From: Zootoca vivipara
Taxonomy: Eukaryota
NCBI RefSeq assembly: GCF_963506605.1
Contig: NC_083282.1
Location: 43,772,001 to 43,836,000 of the forward strand
Direction: 5' to 3'
Length of the DNA: 64,000 nucleotides
Shown here: positions 19,299 through 32,603 of the stretch, in pieces
Layout of the letters: each line of letters opens with the position of its first letter
Position numbering within the stretch: the first letter of the stretch is position 1
Made by a program: the position numbers and the translations under genes
Notes under the pieces: generated by a model
Databases searched by the model: none
What the model saw: the letters and a program-made list of their open reading frames with translations, nothing else
Told to the model about the DNA's origin: nothing

Positions 19299-22200
19299 TT
19301 ATTTCAATTTGCTGAAGAGTTTATGAGCCACCTGGAAAACCAAAAGATGAACAAATTAAATAACAGGAGCTTCTTTAGCAACACATTCATTAGTCCTAAT
19401 AGCCTTCTTTAGGCATTATACCCAAGATAAATATGTGATGGGGAAAGCTGGGATAAGTGTACTAGCTCTGTCCCTTAACTTTTCCAATCTCCCACCAATT
19501 TGGGCAGGGTGAACTTTTGAAACAGGGAGCCTCCTGTACTTGTTGAGATTCCACACACATTTCAGAACTATGGAAAACCAGTGTTCTAAAATGCACACGG
19601 TGCAGAAGGCTCCATACTTCAGGAATTCATCTTTCAACTCCTGCAGGCAATCAAATGGTATGGAGGGCAAAGCTAGCACACGTTTTATTCAGTATAACAC
19701 CTGTGGAGGCATACTGTTTTGCTTCCTCTGGGAGCCAACTGCATTGTTGCACAATATATTCTTGCCTACTTACAATCTAGAAAGCTGGTTACAGAAAAAT
19801 GTACTTTAGAAGCAACAAGCCAATCTTTCACAAATATCTGTGTCGTTATTACACAACACTCCTTTGTAACGTTTTATTTTGAAATCTTTAAGATACTATT
19901 TTAGGATATTGTTATAACAATCTTGTAAGTTTATAAGTTTTCTTTTTTTCTAGTTTTTCTTCTTTTGTCTTATAATTCTTTATATCTTTAATAAAGAATA
20001 TTAAAAAGATAGTATCTTAGTTTCCTCTTAGTAATGTTGCTTTGAATGTATACTTTATATTTGACCTTCTTCGGTAATGTTTTATTCTGGACTGTTTTAT
20101 TAGATGTTTTAATGCGGTGTAAACCGCTTTTGAGATTTTTCCTTTAAAAGATAAAGCTGTGTAGAAATGAAATCATTAATAATAACACTTCTAAAAAACT
20201 AATAAAGGACAAATTTGAGAATATGCGTTGTCTTATGAAGGTGACAGTGTAATTCCACACCCACAAGATAAATGTCAAAATAGTACAGTACTTCAGTTAT
20301 TCAGTCTATATTGACGTTCAGTAAAGTGTCTGTGGCTCAACACTGGAGAAATAAGGTATTTGGCCACAAACTATTGTTCACTTTAGAAGTTACTCTGAGA
20401 CAAACTTACACAATGGTCTCTAGCATGCAAGAAGTCAAAGAGTTCCTCTGTACACTTCTCCTCTGTATGGGACTTGGATGCCACTCGAGCATTACACTCC
20501 TCTAAACGTTCCCGAGCTTTCACACATTTCTCAATCTGTTCACAATGCTCCCTGACAGTAGTTAAAGGATCCTGGACAGAAAGGAAGGCATATAGGCACA
20601 GTTAATGCAAATGAGTGATTGCTAAGAGAGAGGTTCAACTTTACCACAAGCTAGAATATAAAAGCTTCTATAGCTAGTCCTGGATAGATTATAATGACAA
20701 GCATACAAATGATGAGATCTAAAATGCCAGGCATTAATAGTCCTTTTGTGAAAATATTCTACCTCTACACTTCCAACTTTAGTGTTACAGTCAGGTAAAT
20801 TAGAATCATTTTTCTAAGATAGAACCATGAGTCACAACAGGATTATAAATAAGGAGCATGTGAACCAAGCCTAACTTAAATGAGGTGTATATGGATTCCA
20901 ATCCAGATGGCTTTCATTCTTGCTCTAGACCAGGCATCCCCAAACTGCAGCCCTCCAGATGTTTTGGCCTACAATTCCCATGATCCCTAGCTAACAGGAC
21001 CAGTGGTCGGGGAAGATGGGAATTGTAGTCCAAAACATCTGGAGGGCCAAAGTCTGGGGATGCCTGCTCTAGACTGTGGGGAAAATGTTACTGTTAAGTT
21101 ACATACAAAACAAAGTTTTGGGTGTTTGAAAAATATCCTCCTAAACTGCAGTATTTGAAAGGACGGAAAGCCTATGAGGCAGTACTACACATCTTCTCAA
21201 TAAAAAGGTAAAGGGACCCCTGACCATTAGGTCCAGTCGTGACCAACTCTGGGGTTGCGCGCTCATCTCGCATTATTGGCCAAGGGAGCCGGCGTATAGC
21301 TTCCAGGTCATGTGGCCAGCATGACAAAGCCGCTTCTGGCAAACCAGAGCAGCACATGGAAACGCCGTTTACCTTCCCGCTGTAGCGGTACCTATTTATC
21401 TACTTGCATTTTGACGTGCTTTCGAACTGCTAGGTTGGCAGGAGCTGGGACCAAGTGACGGGAGCTCACCCTGTCACAGGGATTCGAACCGCCGACCTTC
21501 TGATCAGCAAGCCCTAGGCTCAGTGGTTTAACCACAGTGCCACCTGGGTCCCATCTTCTCAATACTGTATATCTTCTCAATACTGTATATAAATACTGTA
21601 TATAAAAGCTTCAAAATGGATATGGAGAAGAAATGGCACTCGTATCACAGTTGATAAAGGCAATTTGTGTATTGATTTGCCGTCATTTTGTATGTGACTT
21701 ATCAGTGCCTAGGCAAGAGTTATATACTGTTGGGAAAGCAAGCAAGCTATACCCAAGTTTGGCAGAATCAATATGCCAGTATACTATGCCAGTAAGTATA
21801 CATACGTATGCAGAAGCTGTTGTGGGACTCCAGAGATATTCAAAACTATTTAAGTTGTCACTATAAGTATCACTTATTTAACATTATGATCCTGAAGACA
21901 GACAGGATGTGAATGGCACTTTCTGTATGGCAAAATGTGATGCAAATAACCTTTTTACAGCAAAGTAAGCTATGTATTAAAACTTAACTAATGCACTTTC
22001 NNNNNNNNNNNNNNNNNNNNNNNNNNNNNNNNNNNNNNNNNNNNNNNNNNNNNNNNNNNNNNNNNNNNNNNNNNNNNNNNNNNNNNNNNNNNNNNNNNNN
22101 NNNNNNNNNNNNNNNNNNNNNNNNNNNNNNNNNNNNNNNNNNNNNNNNNGCCTATTAAGTCATGCCCCCCTGGCTGCAGGAGTGGGAAAACCTCAGTTCC

Positions 22201-24186
22201 AGCCCTAGCTAGCTCCACTCCTGTGGCCTGAAGAAGGTCATCAGGGGGCTTCCTTCCCCTGGAAGTGGTCAGGCTGCCTGCAGCTGCACCCAGGTCCTCA
22301 TAAGGAACAGTATCTGTGAGACGCAATAAAGCAAATCTCAAAAAAACAAAGGTATGCCTCTACTTCCATACCCCCAGCCTTATGTACCTTTCTCTGGTTT
22401 TCTAAATACAAATAGGACATTTTATGGAGTAGGATTTAAGAAATGTGCTGCTCTCAAAGGATTAATCTTTCCCCATTGTCATTATAATAAAGTTTACCTA
22501 CCACAAGGTCTTCTTCTTCCTCCTCCTCCTGGACAGAGATACAAGAAAATAAGAATGGACTCATAAGTGTTATGATATCTCCATAAGTATACTTAACCAT
22601 ATCAAAACCAATTCCACTTATTTGCATTTCCGCTATGTAGTACTGTACAACTTCTCTTTCATAACACATATGTCTGCTATAACAAAAATGTCTGTTATTC
22701 CTAGATATTTATTTAAAAGGGTCCCTTCAAACTGATATTCAAAACCAATGTATATGTACATTTTAACAAGCTGGACTTTAAACCTTTCACTAGGCATCTT
22801 TCTAACCTGTTAGGGACTTGGTGGAGGTATACCGGTAGTGACCACAGTATTGCTGTGGAAATAGGCCCCCAATGCTGGAGGGAAATTATGGCTTAACTAG
22901 AACCAAATCAAAACTCATGGGAAATTCTCCAGCTCTTCAGGCACTGGAGATACCCTGACAAGGGTGGGCGTCAAGGAGCAGAATGGAAATAAGGCTAAGC
23001 CACAGAGGGTCCTGCTGAAAGCCTCTTAGATATGGGTATTAGATATGGGTAGAACTGAGAAATGGTTGTGGTAAAGACTGATGGGAGAGTCAAAGGCAGC
23101 AGTATACTGAACATTCTGTGAAGCAACATACCGGTAATATGGGACAGGATAAATAAAGGATAGTCAGACACAACAAGCATACAAATACAGTTATAGTGGA
23201 ATTCAAGATATAAACTGTAGCAATGCTGAAAAGAACAGCTATGTAATTTTATACTTAACATTTGTAACCAGAATATTACATCAGGCACTGGGCAGAACAC
23301 ATATATTAAACAGCAAACCTCTGGCAGAGACCACTTATTAAAAAGAAGGGGTAGAAGCCTGTGATCTCTTACTTAAAGAGCAGAACACATGTGTGTGCAC
23401 ATATACACACGGAAGTCAGGACCTTAATGAAAACCTTTTGTTCAGTTTAAATTTCCACTGCACTCCATTCTGGGCTTCCTTTGGCAACGGAGAACAGATA
23501 TTTGGCACTATCTGTTATGATGGTGACAAATAAATATAAATAAATGGGAACAAGCAAGGGGGGGGGAATGACTCGGAGAAGGGAAAGATCAAAGGGGGGA
23601 AGGAATAATAAAAAGAGGGCCTCTGGCACGGGAGAGAAAGATTAACCTGCGACTATGAGGAAGAAAGCAGGAGAGTGTCGACAGGAGGCACAACGCAGAG
23701 AAGATTGAATTCTGCCTCCAGTCATGGGTCAGCTCTGGAAAACTCAGAAGCCGGTGGCGAGGGAGGCATCTCGCCCACGGCTGTTTCTACCCCACCCGCT
23801 ACGGCACTCGGACCGTGTAAGGAAGAAGGCCCATTGACAATGACAGGGCAGGCCCATAAGCGTCTACTCGGAAGCAAGTCCCATTGCGTTCAGTGGCGCT
23901 TGCTCCCGGGTAAGTGCGTTCAGGGCTGCAGCCTAAGCTATGAGCAGGTCTACAACGGTCGCTCTGTGAGGAAGGAGAGCAGGCCAAGAACAGAGAAACG
24001 AAAAAGAAAAGAAACCAGGAGGGAAGAGAGGGAGGCCCAGCGGTGGGGAGGATGGAAGTAAGGGGAGAGAAAGCACAAAATCCCGGAGTTCAGAGCAAAG
24101 CTGCTTCGCCTCACCGGCTCCCGGGCTGAGCTCACCTCGGGGTCCCCACTCCGGCCCTCCAGCGCCTTCTCATCCTGCCACCCCAT
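19299..24186 (-). CDS. UQCRH: Cytochrome b-c1 complex subunit 6 (hinge protein), 90 aa, 4 exons
   Basis: Exons 24136-24186 ([17 protein letters not shown]), 22502-22528 (27-nt microexon EEEEEEDLV), 20410-20571 ([30 protein letters not shown]...[10 protein letters not shown]), 19299-19331 ([10 protein letters not shown]); all phase 0, GT-AG. Confidence 0.97.
20931..21066. mobile_element. hAT MITE family A
   Basis: 8-bp TSD CTCTAGAC. Confidence 0.92.
21203..21552 (-). mobile_element. Sauria SINE, full length, with TSD
   Basis: tRNA-derived head with GGTTCGAATCC B box on the minus strand, ACCTTT-type tail, TSD ATCTTCTCAATA (21191-21202 / 21553-21564). Confidence 0.92.
22001..22149. other. Assembly gap in UQCRH intron 2
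   Basis: Run of N. Confidence 0.99.
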
Positions 24187-24564
24187 TGCCGCAAATCTCC
24201 CTCAAGCCTTGCTCCGCTTCCCCAGAAGGACGCCGAAGGGTCACCCGCAACCTCGGCGGAAATCCCGCCCACTTACAGCGCGCTTTGCGACGGCGACGAC
24301 CTTCTTCATATGGCTCCCTTTCTCGACGTACACGGGGGTGGTAGTAGTGGTGGCGTCGTTCTCGTCACACATTGCTTTTCGTGACTCTACCAATATGGCC
24401 GCCGCCAGTTCCGCTAAAATGGCGCCGGCGCAGAGGGAAGGGGGGGGGGAACAGTCGACCCGCTCAGTATGGCAGCATCATACGTCCGCATAACAATGCG
24501 TGACCTTCCCAAGATGGCGTAGTCCATCCCTGTTCTCGCTTAGTAGACCAGCAGCCTGAACAGT
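24187..24564. promoter_or_regulatory. Bidirectional CpG-island promoter shared by UQCRH and LRRC41
   Basis: Head-to-head start codons 378 nt apart; YY1-type motifs AATATGGCCGCC (24392), AAAATGGCG (24416) and AAGATGGCG (24511); CpG rich. Confidence 0.8.
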
Positions 24565-27500
24565 ATGGAGGCCAATTCTGCGGAAGAGATCTCTGATCGG
24601 AACCCCCTCAGCCTGTTTGAGCTCAGCGGGGCGGCAGTCAGCTCCGCCATGGGACGCGTGGAGAGAGAGGTTTGGGGTAAGAAAGGGAAAGGGAGCCAGC
24701 TGGGACCCGCTCTGATCTCTCCCGAATTAGGATTTACGGGCAGTTACTGTATTTGCGTTCTTAAATGTGAGGCTCTACCCTAAAGGACGCCAGGGATCGG
24801 GACACTCTAAATATGCCGCGTCACCTGAAACCTCGCCTTTCTCTGAAATTAATTTTCTCTTGATTTCTCCCCGCAAAAGCACTTCCAGGTCCGATACTTA
24901 AAGGAATCTTGCCTCTGCTTAACATCTACTACCTGGAGCGAATTGAGGAGACCGCTGTGAAAAAGGGTGAGCTACTTTGCTGGAGGACAGGCGGGAATAA
25001 AATAGTGCTAGCAAACGGTTGTCTGCTATCCTAGTTTCTCTCTGGTGCATTTAAAAAGTTTATTTTGTTCAGACTTCACCAAGTGTGCTTAATTGTGGTT
25101 GAGACAAATTCTTGCTCTCCATATTCCCAAGTGTCTGTTGCCCTGGTGTCAATAAACTGGGTCAAGTAGTTTTTTCCCATTCTTGACAAGGGTAAAATGT
25201 GTTGAGCTGTATATCCTGTGCATGTTTACTCTGAAGTCTGCTCTACTTATTTCGAGGGGATTGCTCCCAAGGAACATCAGAATCCTAAGTCTACTCAGAA
25301 GTAAAACTTATTGAATTCACTGGAGCATAAGTGAATGCTGGTAAGTGGGGGTTAGGATCACAGCATAAGGGCATAGGATTGCAGCTTCAAATAATATACT
25401 TACGGAATTCAACAGCACAAATAAGCTACACCAATGAAAAGCAGATTGGTTTCAGGACATAGTTTTTAGCAATTATTTTTTATGGTATTTAAGAGCTTTA
25501 TCAGAACCTTTTGAGCACCAGACAACATACAGTTTAAGAACTCAAGAAGTACAGTAATTAAGGGATTAACTTTCCTACTTTCTCAGGGTTGAGCTTGAGC
25601 ATATACAGAAGGTCCCAGATTCAGACCTGGCAACTGGACGTAGGGTTAGAAAATGCTGTTCTCCGAAACCAGAGCTATTTTTCTAGCTCAGTATAGCCTA
25701 TAAAATGATTGGCACCAGCTTTCTGAAATCAGAGTTTCAGAAATAATTTCAAATTTCAGTATTTACATTTGAACCTAGTTTTGACACTGAATTTGCAGCT
25801 TCAGCTATTCAGAAGTCTGGTGCTTTCATCAGAGATGAAATGCTTGCTTTAATTATGTTACAACTTATGTGTAATTTATAAATTTTACCTGTATTAATGG
25901 TATAGATTTACATTTTAATAGTTGTTTTTTAAAAGTATGTGTTATGTTTCCTCAGGACTCTCAACCCAACCTATATGGTGCAAGCTCTGGTTTGACATAA
26001 TGAAAACAAGGCCTTCTAGATTAGAGGTAGGTTAAGGAGGCAAACCACAAAGCTGACATACCTGAGACGACCAGGTTGCCCACCTTCATGGCTAAATGGA
26101 TTTTATATCTGACAACCGTGATGATCCTTTGGATCAATCTTAACTACCGTAGTTTCAATTAGATGTACTCCAAAATATGTGTAAACGGGAATGCAATCTA
26201 AACCAGGGGTGGGGAACCTTTTCAGTCCAAGGACCACATTCTGTTGTAGACAGTCTTCCAGGGGCCACATGCCACTGGCAATATTTCCACCAGAGCAAGA
26301 GAATCGGGAAGGGGAGAACTGGCAGCTGTTCTTGGTGGCCATTCCCCAAGGGAAAGGCCAGCAGGGCAGGGTGTGTTGGATGTGGTTGCTGCAAGATATA
26401 AGGGCAGGGGAGGAGCTCCCTGGAAATGTCTGCTGGCTGTATGAAATTAAGTGGGATGGGGGGGGCACATCTGGGCCCAGAGCAGAAGATCCTAGCCCCT
26501 ACAATAGATAGTTCCAGTTTGTGGAAAGCAGAGTAAACGAGAAGTTTGCCTCTCAAGTTGGGGTCACACTAAGGAATTAAAGAGAAGGGCTTGATGAACA
26601 CATGCAATTTGTTTACTAAGATTATTAGGAGCCCAGGACCTCTGTTGCCTTCTAATTAATGTATGGTTTGGACTGTCAGAAGCTCACACAATTTTGTAAC
26701 CTAACTGCAGTGAGAATGTGATTTACAGGCACTCCTGTAAATCTAGGTCTTAGATTCCATTTTGTTTTTACTTTAAAATACTTAATAAGATTTCCTTTTT
26801 CCTGTAAATAATATGAGGTTCTCACTGAAGTAGTAAACCTGTACCTAGGCCACACTACTTCAGACTAGAATGAATGCTTCTCCATATGAAAACATCCTCA
26901 CCCACAGATAGATGCCAGGGAGAAGAATTTGAGCATAGCTTTTTCTCAGACATGAGTGTTTTCGATCTGCAAGGATCCCCCCTATGTATACCATCACATG
27001 ATCCCCCCCCCACAAACACCTTTAGTATGTACATCAGCAGGAACTGTGATGTAAGCCACTGTGGTGCAAGGAATTTATCACAGTTTGGTTCAATTTGATT
27101 GCAGAGCATCAAGTGTTGGAGGAAGAAGTTCATTGAAACTTTCTTCTCAAATGTGCTGCGTGGCATCCTGGATGTGTCTTTACACCAGCGCCTCAATGAC
27201 CCTTCCTTTTTGCCCCTGCTGCACACTTCACGACATGTTACCCAGCTTACCATCTACAACATGCTTGAGGGAGTGTCAGAGCTGATGGCCAAACATAATC
27301 AGAGCGTCCTAGAAAACTTGGCCGTCTCCCTCACATCCCTGACATTCCGTCACCTCCTCTCCTCCAGTCTGTCTACTAGGCAACAGTTGAGTTTGTTCCT
27401 TCATCGCCTAATTCATCATGGGGCTGTGAACCACCTCTCTATGTATTCTTGGCCTGACCCTGACCCAGCACTTTTAGCCCTCATTCTGAAAATGAGTGCT

Positions 27501-30500
27501 GGGGTTTGGCACCCTGGAAAAACACTGCTGGACCAAGGAAACCTTTGCCATCTGTGCAGAGAGAAATGTGTTGACCAGAGCCAAAAGCTAGATGAAGAAC
27601 CTTGCGGTTCAAGGCCGCTATTTCAGAGATCAGAAAGTGGCCAGCATAATAATAGTAATCTGAGGAATGAGAAACTGTTACCTAGCGTACCTCAAGAATC
27701 TCTTCTGAGCTTTCAAGATGCAGTAGAGTTGGCCAGAACTAGCAGTGAAACTCTAAAAGCCCCGGTGGGATGCAGATTGGGTTGCAATTCTAGGCAAAGC
27801 AAAATGCAGCAGAGCTCATGTTCAGAAAGTTATAGTGCTGAAGAGGGACCTGTCACTTTTATCCCAGCAAAAACATTTCAAGATGTCCCTACTTTGGAAA
27901 AATATCAAAAGAGGCGTAAAGCTGTAAGAGCAAAAAAGCGCAGCTGCCATCAGAGAAGCAGCAAAGTCCCTGCAGAGTCAGAGGACCTTTACGACTTTGT
28001 CTTTGCGATTGCGAGGGAAGAGGAGGAGAATACACCGTGTAGCGAAAGAAGGAATGCCAAGGAGGAAGGAAGCCTTGCTAGCTGTTCCCGTCTCTCAGAA
28101 GAGGCTGCCGGTAGTTCTGGTACGGTTTGCACAGAGGGAACCCGATCTGCCGGGATTCCTTCTCTGAAAACAACGGGTCATTTCCGAAGTGTGTCCACAC
28201 TGGAAGTGTTCTCCATCTCTCTGACCAGGAACACATGCCAGATGCTGGGGAACCTGCTGAGCTCTTGGGTGTCTTTAGAAAAACTTGTTCTGTCTTTGAA
28301 TGGTGAGTAAGAAACCAAACATTTGTCTTCGGGTGTTTTTAGCAAAGCAGAAGCAGCTTTCTTTCTTTCTTTTGAGAGCCACATTGACCCATAGTTTAGG
28401 GTGTATCAAAATGAATTGTAAGCCAAGTGTCAAGGAGGGGGGGGGCATGGCAACAACTTCATTTCTTAAGGCTCCTTTCCTAAAGACTTCCCCATCAGTT
28501 TTGCTATCCTGTTTTAAATAGTTTTGTATCATTCATTATTCAGTTCAGATGATGAGAATAATAAATAAAATTATTTTATGTATTCATTTCTTTAAAATTA
28601 TGCACCACCTGGGTTGTAGAAAGAAAACCTCAAAGCAGTTTACAAAATGTAATGGACAGATATGGGTAAGGCCTTGTAGGGGCGCAAAAAACCTTTTGGG
28701 ATCAAATATCATAGTGGGGTACCTACAGGAGTAATCAGTAAAAAGCTTTCATTTTTTAAAAAAAACAAAGCCCTATTATTATGTTTTTAAAAACTTAAAT
28801 AGAAAATGGGAAGTTTGAGAAACACAAAAACCCTTTTTACTTCATGGCATCATAGCAGGGGACTCACTGGAGCAGTCAATAATCCATTCTTTTTAATGAC
28901 AACTTTGGGAGTGGGGGGCTTATGGACCACAAAAACCTTCAGGGGGTGATATGTGATGTAATAATCTTGCTGTGTGTTTTCACTGCCTACTTCTGCCTCT
29001 TAAAATGTGTTTTCCAGGCCTGGGCCCCGGCATCTTCAGTATCCTCTCTGGGCTCCGGGCCCTGTCTCGCCACAGCGATTACCGCCTCCGTGTGGTGCGC
29101 ATCAGTGACATGTTCTCGCATGTCCCCTGCATGAATCTTGTTCATGCTTTCCTGAGTGCTGTGCCTTTGCTTCAGACCCTCTTGGTCAGCTTTGATCTCA
29201 AAACCGCAACAGAGCGGGGCAGGCCGGAAGAGAGCTGGGACTCGTCACCCTTTGAAGAAGAGATTCCAGGTAACGCACTGACCAGTTCCGGACAAACATT
29301 TTATCATTCGCTTTCCTTTCCTGCATATGTGAGATCATTTAATTTTTCATTTATGCACTGCAGTGGCCGCCTTGTCACTTCAAATTTGCTGCTTATCTTG
29401 CAGCCTCTTTTTAAGGATGTGTTTGCTCCTGCCCTGTAGCAGAGCATTTCTTTTCTGTACTGTCTGCACAGTCAATGCAGTGGATGCAAACTGCTCCTGA
29501 TTGTTTTGGTACAACAGGACCTCCTGAGATAGAACACCTTGGCCTGCTAGAGGAAGCGAATGATGTTAGTGATGCAGCCCGATTTGGAATCTGATTCTAA
29601 GTCTTCTTACCTAGGTACATTTCAAATCCCATCAGTCCCAGTCAGCATGGCCAATGGTCAGATACAATGTTGTTGTAGTCCAACATGTGGACAGGTTCCT
29701 TACCACTGCTTCAAACCATGGTGTGGTGGCTCAGGAAAAAGCCAGCTTGCGTCCTCCCACTTTCCCTCACTTTATGTGCCTTAATTCATTACTTCCTACA
29801 TTGTTGTTGTCCATCCTCCTGATCTAGAGAGCCATTTGGAACACCTTGAAATCAGATTCCCTAGAGAGCCTCTTCAGACAAGTCTCCTGGTGCCTGTGTT
29901 GAAGGCCTCAAGGTCTCTCCAGAGCCTCTCTCTAGACAGCGTTGCAATTTCCTGTCCTCAAGAAGTTGGGCTTCTCCTACAGGCACTCAAAGGTATGATG
30001 GAAGCAATTTTGCCCGTTCCACAGCTGCTCAGCAGTGGTAGCAATTTGCCAGGAGATAATAACATCTTTGGCCCTCAGTCAGCGAAGCATACAAGATTAT
30101 TGTGTGAACTGCAGGCAGAGCTAAACTAGTATAAAGCATTCTTTTCAAGATCTTCAACATACATGCTGCTAAACAGAAAAACCTTAAGCAGCAGGGGCCC
30201 GGTGTTTTCTCTTAAGAGCCTGTTTCTCTTGCAGAGTACAGTCCAAGCCTGAAGAAGCTAAGCTTTCATGATGTCAACCTTTCTGGCCACTCAAAAGAAG
30301 TCCTGCTGCTGCTACAGGACCCCATTCTTCAAGGTACATTAAATGCACTTGCCTTCTCCAAACTGGTATTGGCCCTTATCAACGACCACCGTTGCACGCA
30401 GTCAAGGAGATTTCTGCAGAGGCCTGTAAGTTTTGTGGTCATCCTGTTTCAAAAGCTGTGTCGTTTCAATTTAATAGTTTTGTAAAGAGCTGGATTTTGC

Positions 30501-32586
30501 CTCAAACTCCATATAGCTCTGAAGTTCTACCTGATGGAGGTTGAGTGGTGTCAGAAAAAGAAGCCTAGCACATTGTGACGGGAAAGTTACTTCACACCTA
30601 AGGAGGTGTATGCAAAAGGGATGTAAAGCTTAGAGATAAAGGAAAAGAGTGCTTATATACACTGTCCATTAGTATATCCTTAAGTCTCCTTACTGGATTA
30701 TCACTGTGGTGCTGCCTTCATTGGGCTATGCATGCAGTGAATCTAATTTCAAACCATAGACAGGAGGAATATCTTCATTTTTCTCTTGCAATAGAAATCA
30801 CCTTTTCATTCTGTCGGCTGTTTGAAAACTGCACTGCTGAGCTCCTGTCCGAAATAATAAACGTTGTGAAGAAGAACTCAACACTGAAGAGCCTCAGACT
30901 CCCTGGAAATAGGCTGGGTACGTACAGCAACGATCCTGGAATGTTTCCACCTTTCTGGGGAGGGATGCTATGCTATCAAGAATGTTGGTACTTTTGCCCC
31001 CTCTCCTTCAAGCCCAACTAGCATAGGCTGAGGACTTCAGGCACAACTATTTTTGACACATGTAGCCTCTTGCTTACCAAAATTCAGGCCACACTAAGTC
31101 GGTAAAGGTTGTCCAGGGCACTCTTTGTCCTTTTCCTGTTCACCTGTCCAACTATCTACCCTTTCTAACTTGGTTCCTGAATGCTAAATCCTTCAATATC
31201 TGGGGGCTTTTATGTTGCGTGTTTAAATCATTGTCCAATTTCAGAATGATCTGTAACAGAAATGATGCTGAATTATGTCTGCTGTAAGGTTAGTCTACAC
31301 ATGCAGCAGAAATAAGTGGAAGAATTCAGTGGAGTAATCCTCACTCCAGGAGTGATGCTTCATGAGAAGTATTAGACTCACTACTGCACCCTTTCAGGGC
31401 ACTACAGAAGGCTAATGGAAAGCCACGCTTTACTGGCCTTGATCATTTGAAATAGAGGATTAAGAATAGACTAACTTGCACTGAGACTTTGCGAATGAGT
31501 GCCAAAGGTAAGTATGTGTTCTCACGTAGCATGAGATTAAACAGCCAGTGCTTAGGTAGCTATGTAAGGAATAGGAGCCAGAATAGAGAATTCAACTTCA
31601 TTCTTCAATGAGTGGTAGAATGGGTTGCACCACTTCAGATCGCACATAGGAGCCTCATTTTAAAACCCTGCCTGGCAAGGACAAGCTGGGTCAGAACTTT
31701 AATCACCAGTGTGATGGGGGTTTATTAGCATGTTTCCATGGCAGAATATTAAACATTGTATGTCCCTAATCTCCTGCCTGAAGCGGTGCAGTCTACTATG
31801 GCATTGTGCTGCGTGAGTAGACTAGGCCTGAGTGCTGCTGCTTCACCATTTACCACTTGCAATTATGTGCTTTATATATCCCCTAACATTCATAGTTCGC
31901 TTTCTTCCACCCCTCATTATTAGGAAATCACAGGCTTGTTGCATTGGCTGACATTTTTTCTGAAGATTCCTCATCTTCCATCTGTCATCTGGATTTAAGG
32001 TAGGTTCCACTTCCTCTGAACAGAGCCCTGTTGGGGAGGGGGCATGGGGGAAAGAGCGGTATGTCTGTACTAGGATCAAATGCTCAATCATATTTTCATT
32101 CATTCACCAGTTACTTTTAAAGAAAGGTGTCCAGGTCGAAGGAAAATGACTCTTCCTAGTACACTTTTCTGAAGTTGATGCTGGGAAGTATTTATACTTG
32201 AGTACTTGAACAATTGTTCATTGTCTAATTCATAGTAATATGAAACCAAGTGTTTTCTGAGCGTAGTTACTGTGATGGGGGAAGAACCATTATTCTATAC
32301 AAATGTCACCTGCAAACAGCAATGGACTAGTCTAACCCTATTTTCCTACAGCTCGAACTGTATCAAACCCGCTGGCCTCCTGGAGTTTGCCAAGAAGCTG
32401 GAGAATTACATAGCCCAACGTGGAGAACAGATCAAATTCACCAAGCTGTGCCTCTATCAGAACTGGCTGGACCAAGATACCGTAACTGCTCAAGAGGCTC
32501 TTTGGCGGCTAAAAGCTATGTGCAGCATAGTCAGTGACACGTGGGATTCATCTCAGGCCTTAGCTGACTATATCAGTGTGATGTGA
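24565..32586 (+). CDS. LRRC41: Leucine-rich repeat-containing protein 41 (MUF1), 805 aa, 10 exons
   Basis: Exons 24565-24676, 24880-24966, 25956-26026, 27105-28302, 29018-29269, 29828-29992, 30235-30333, 30795-30917, 31924-31999, 32352-32586; total 2418 nt in frame. BC-box-like [50 protein letters not shown] segments ([12 protein letters not shown]), C-terminal ADYISVM. Confidence 0.95.
25205..25385. repeat. Old short palindromic dispersed repeat (ATCCT.TGCATGTTTACTC...GCATAGGATTGCAGC family)
   Basis: Degenerate relatives near 23850-23935, 32820-32895, 47520-47605, 49245-49335 and 56790. Confidence 0.5.
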
Positions 32587-32597
32587 ACTTATCTTCT

Positions 32598-32603
32598 AAT
32601 AAA
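32598..32603 (+). terminator. Candidate polyadenylation signal for LRRC41
   Basis: AATAAA 11 nt after the stop codon; further AATAAA at 32762 and 33427. Confidence 0.4.

Noticed and set aside
20340-20367. Minus-strand VAKYL... as the last UQCRH exon
   Set aside because: No adjacent AG acceptor and the intron would be too short; the real exon is at 19299-19331.
24313-24372. Actin-like N-terminus (MCDEND.TT...) suggesting an actin pseudogene
   Set aside because: Similarity is limited to a few residues and no further actin sequence follows.
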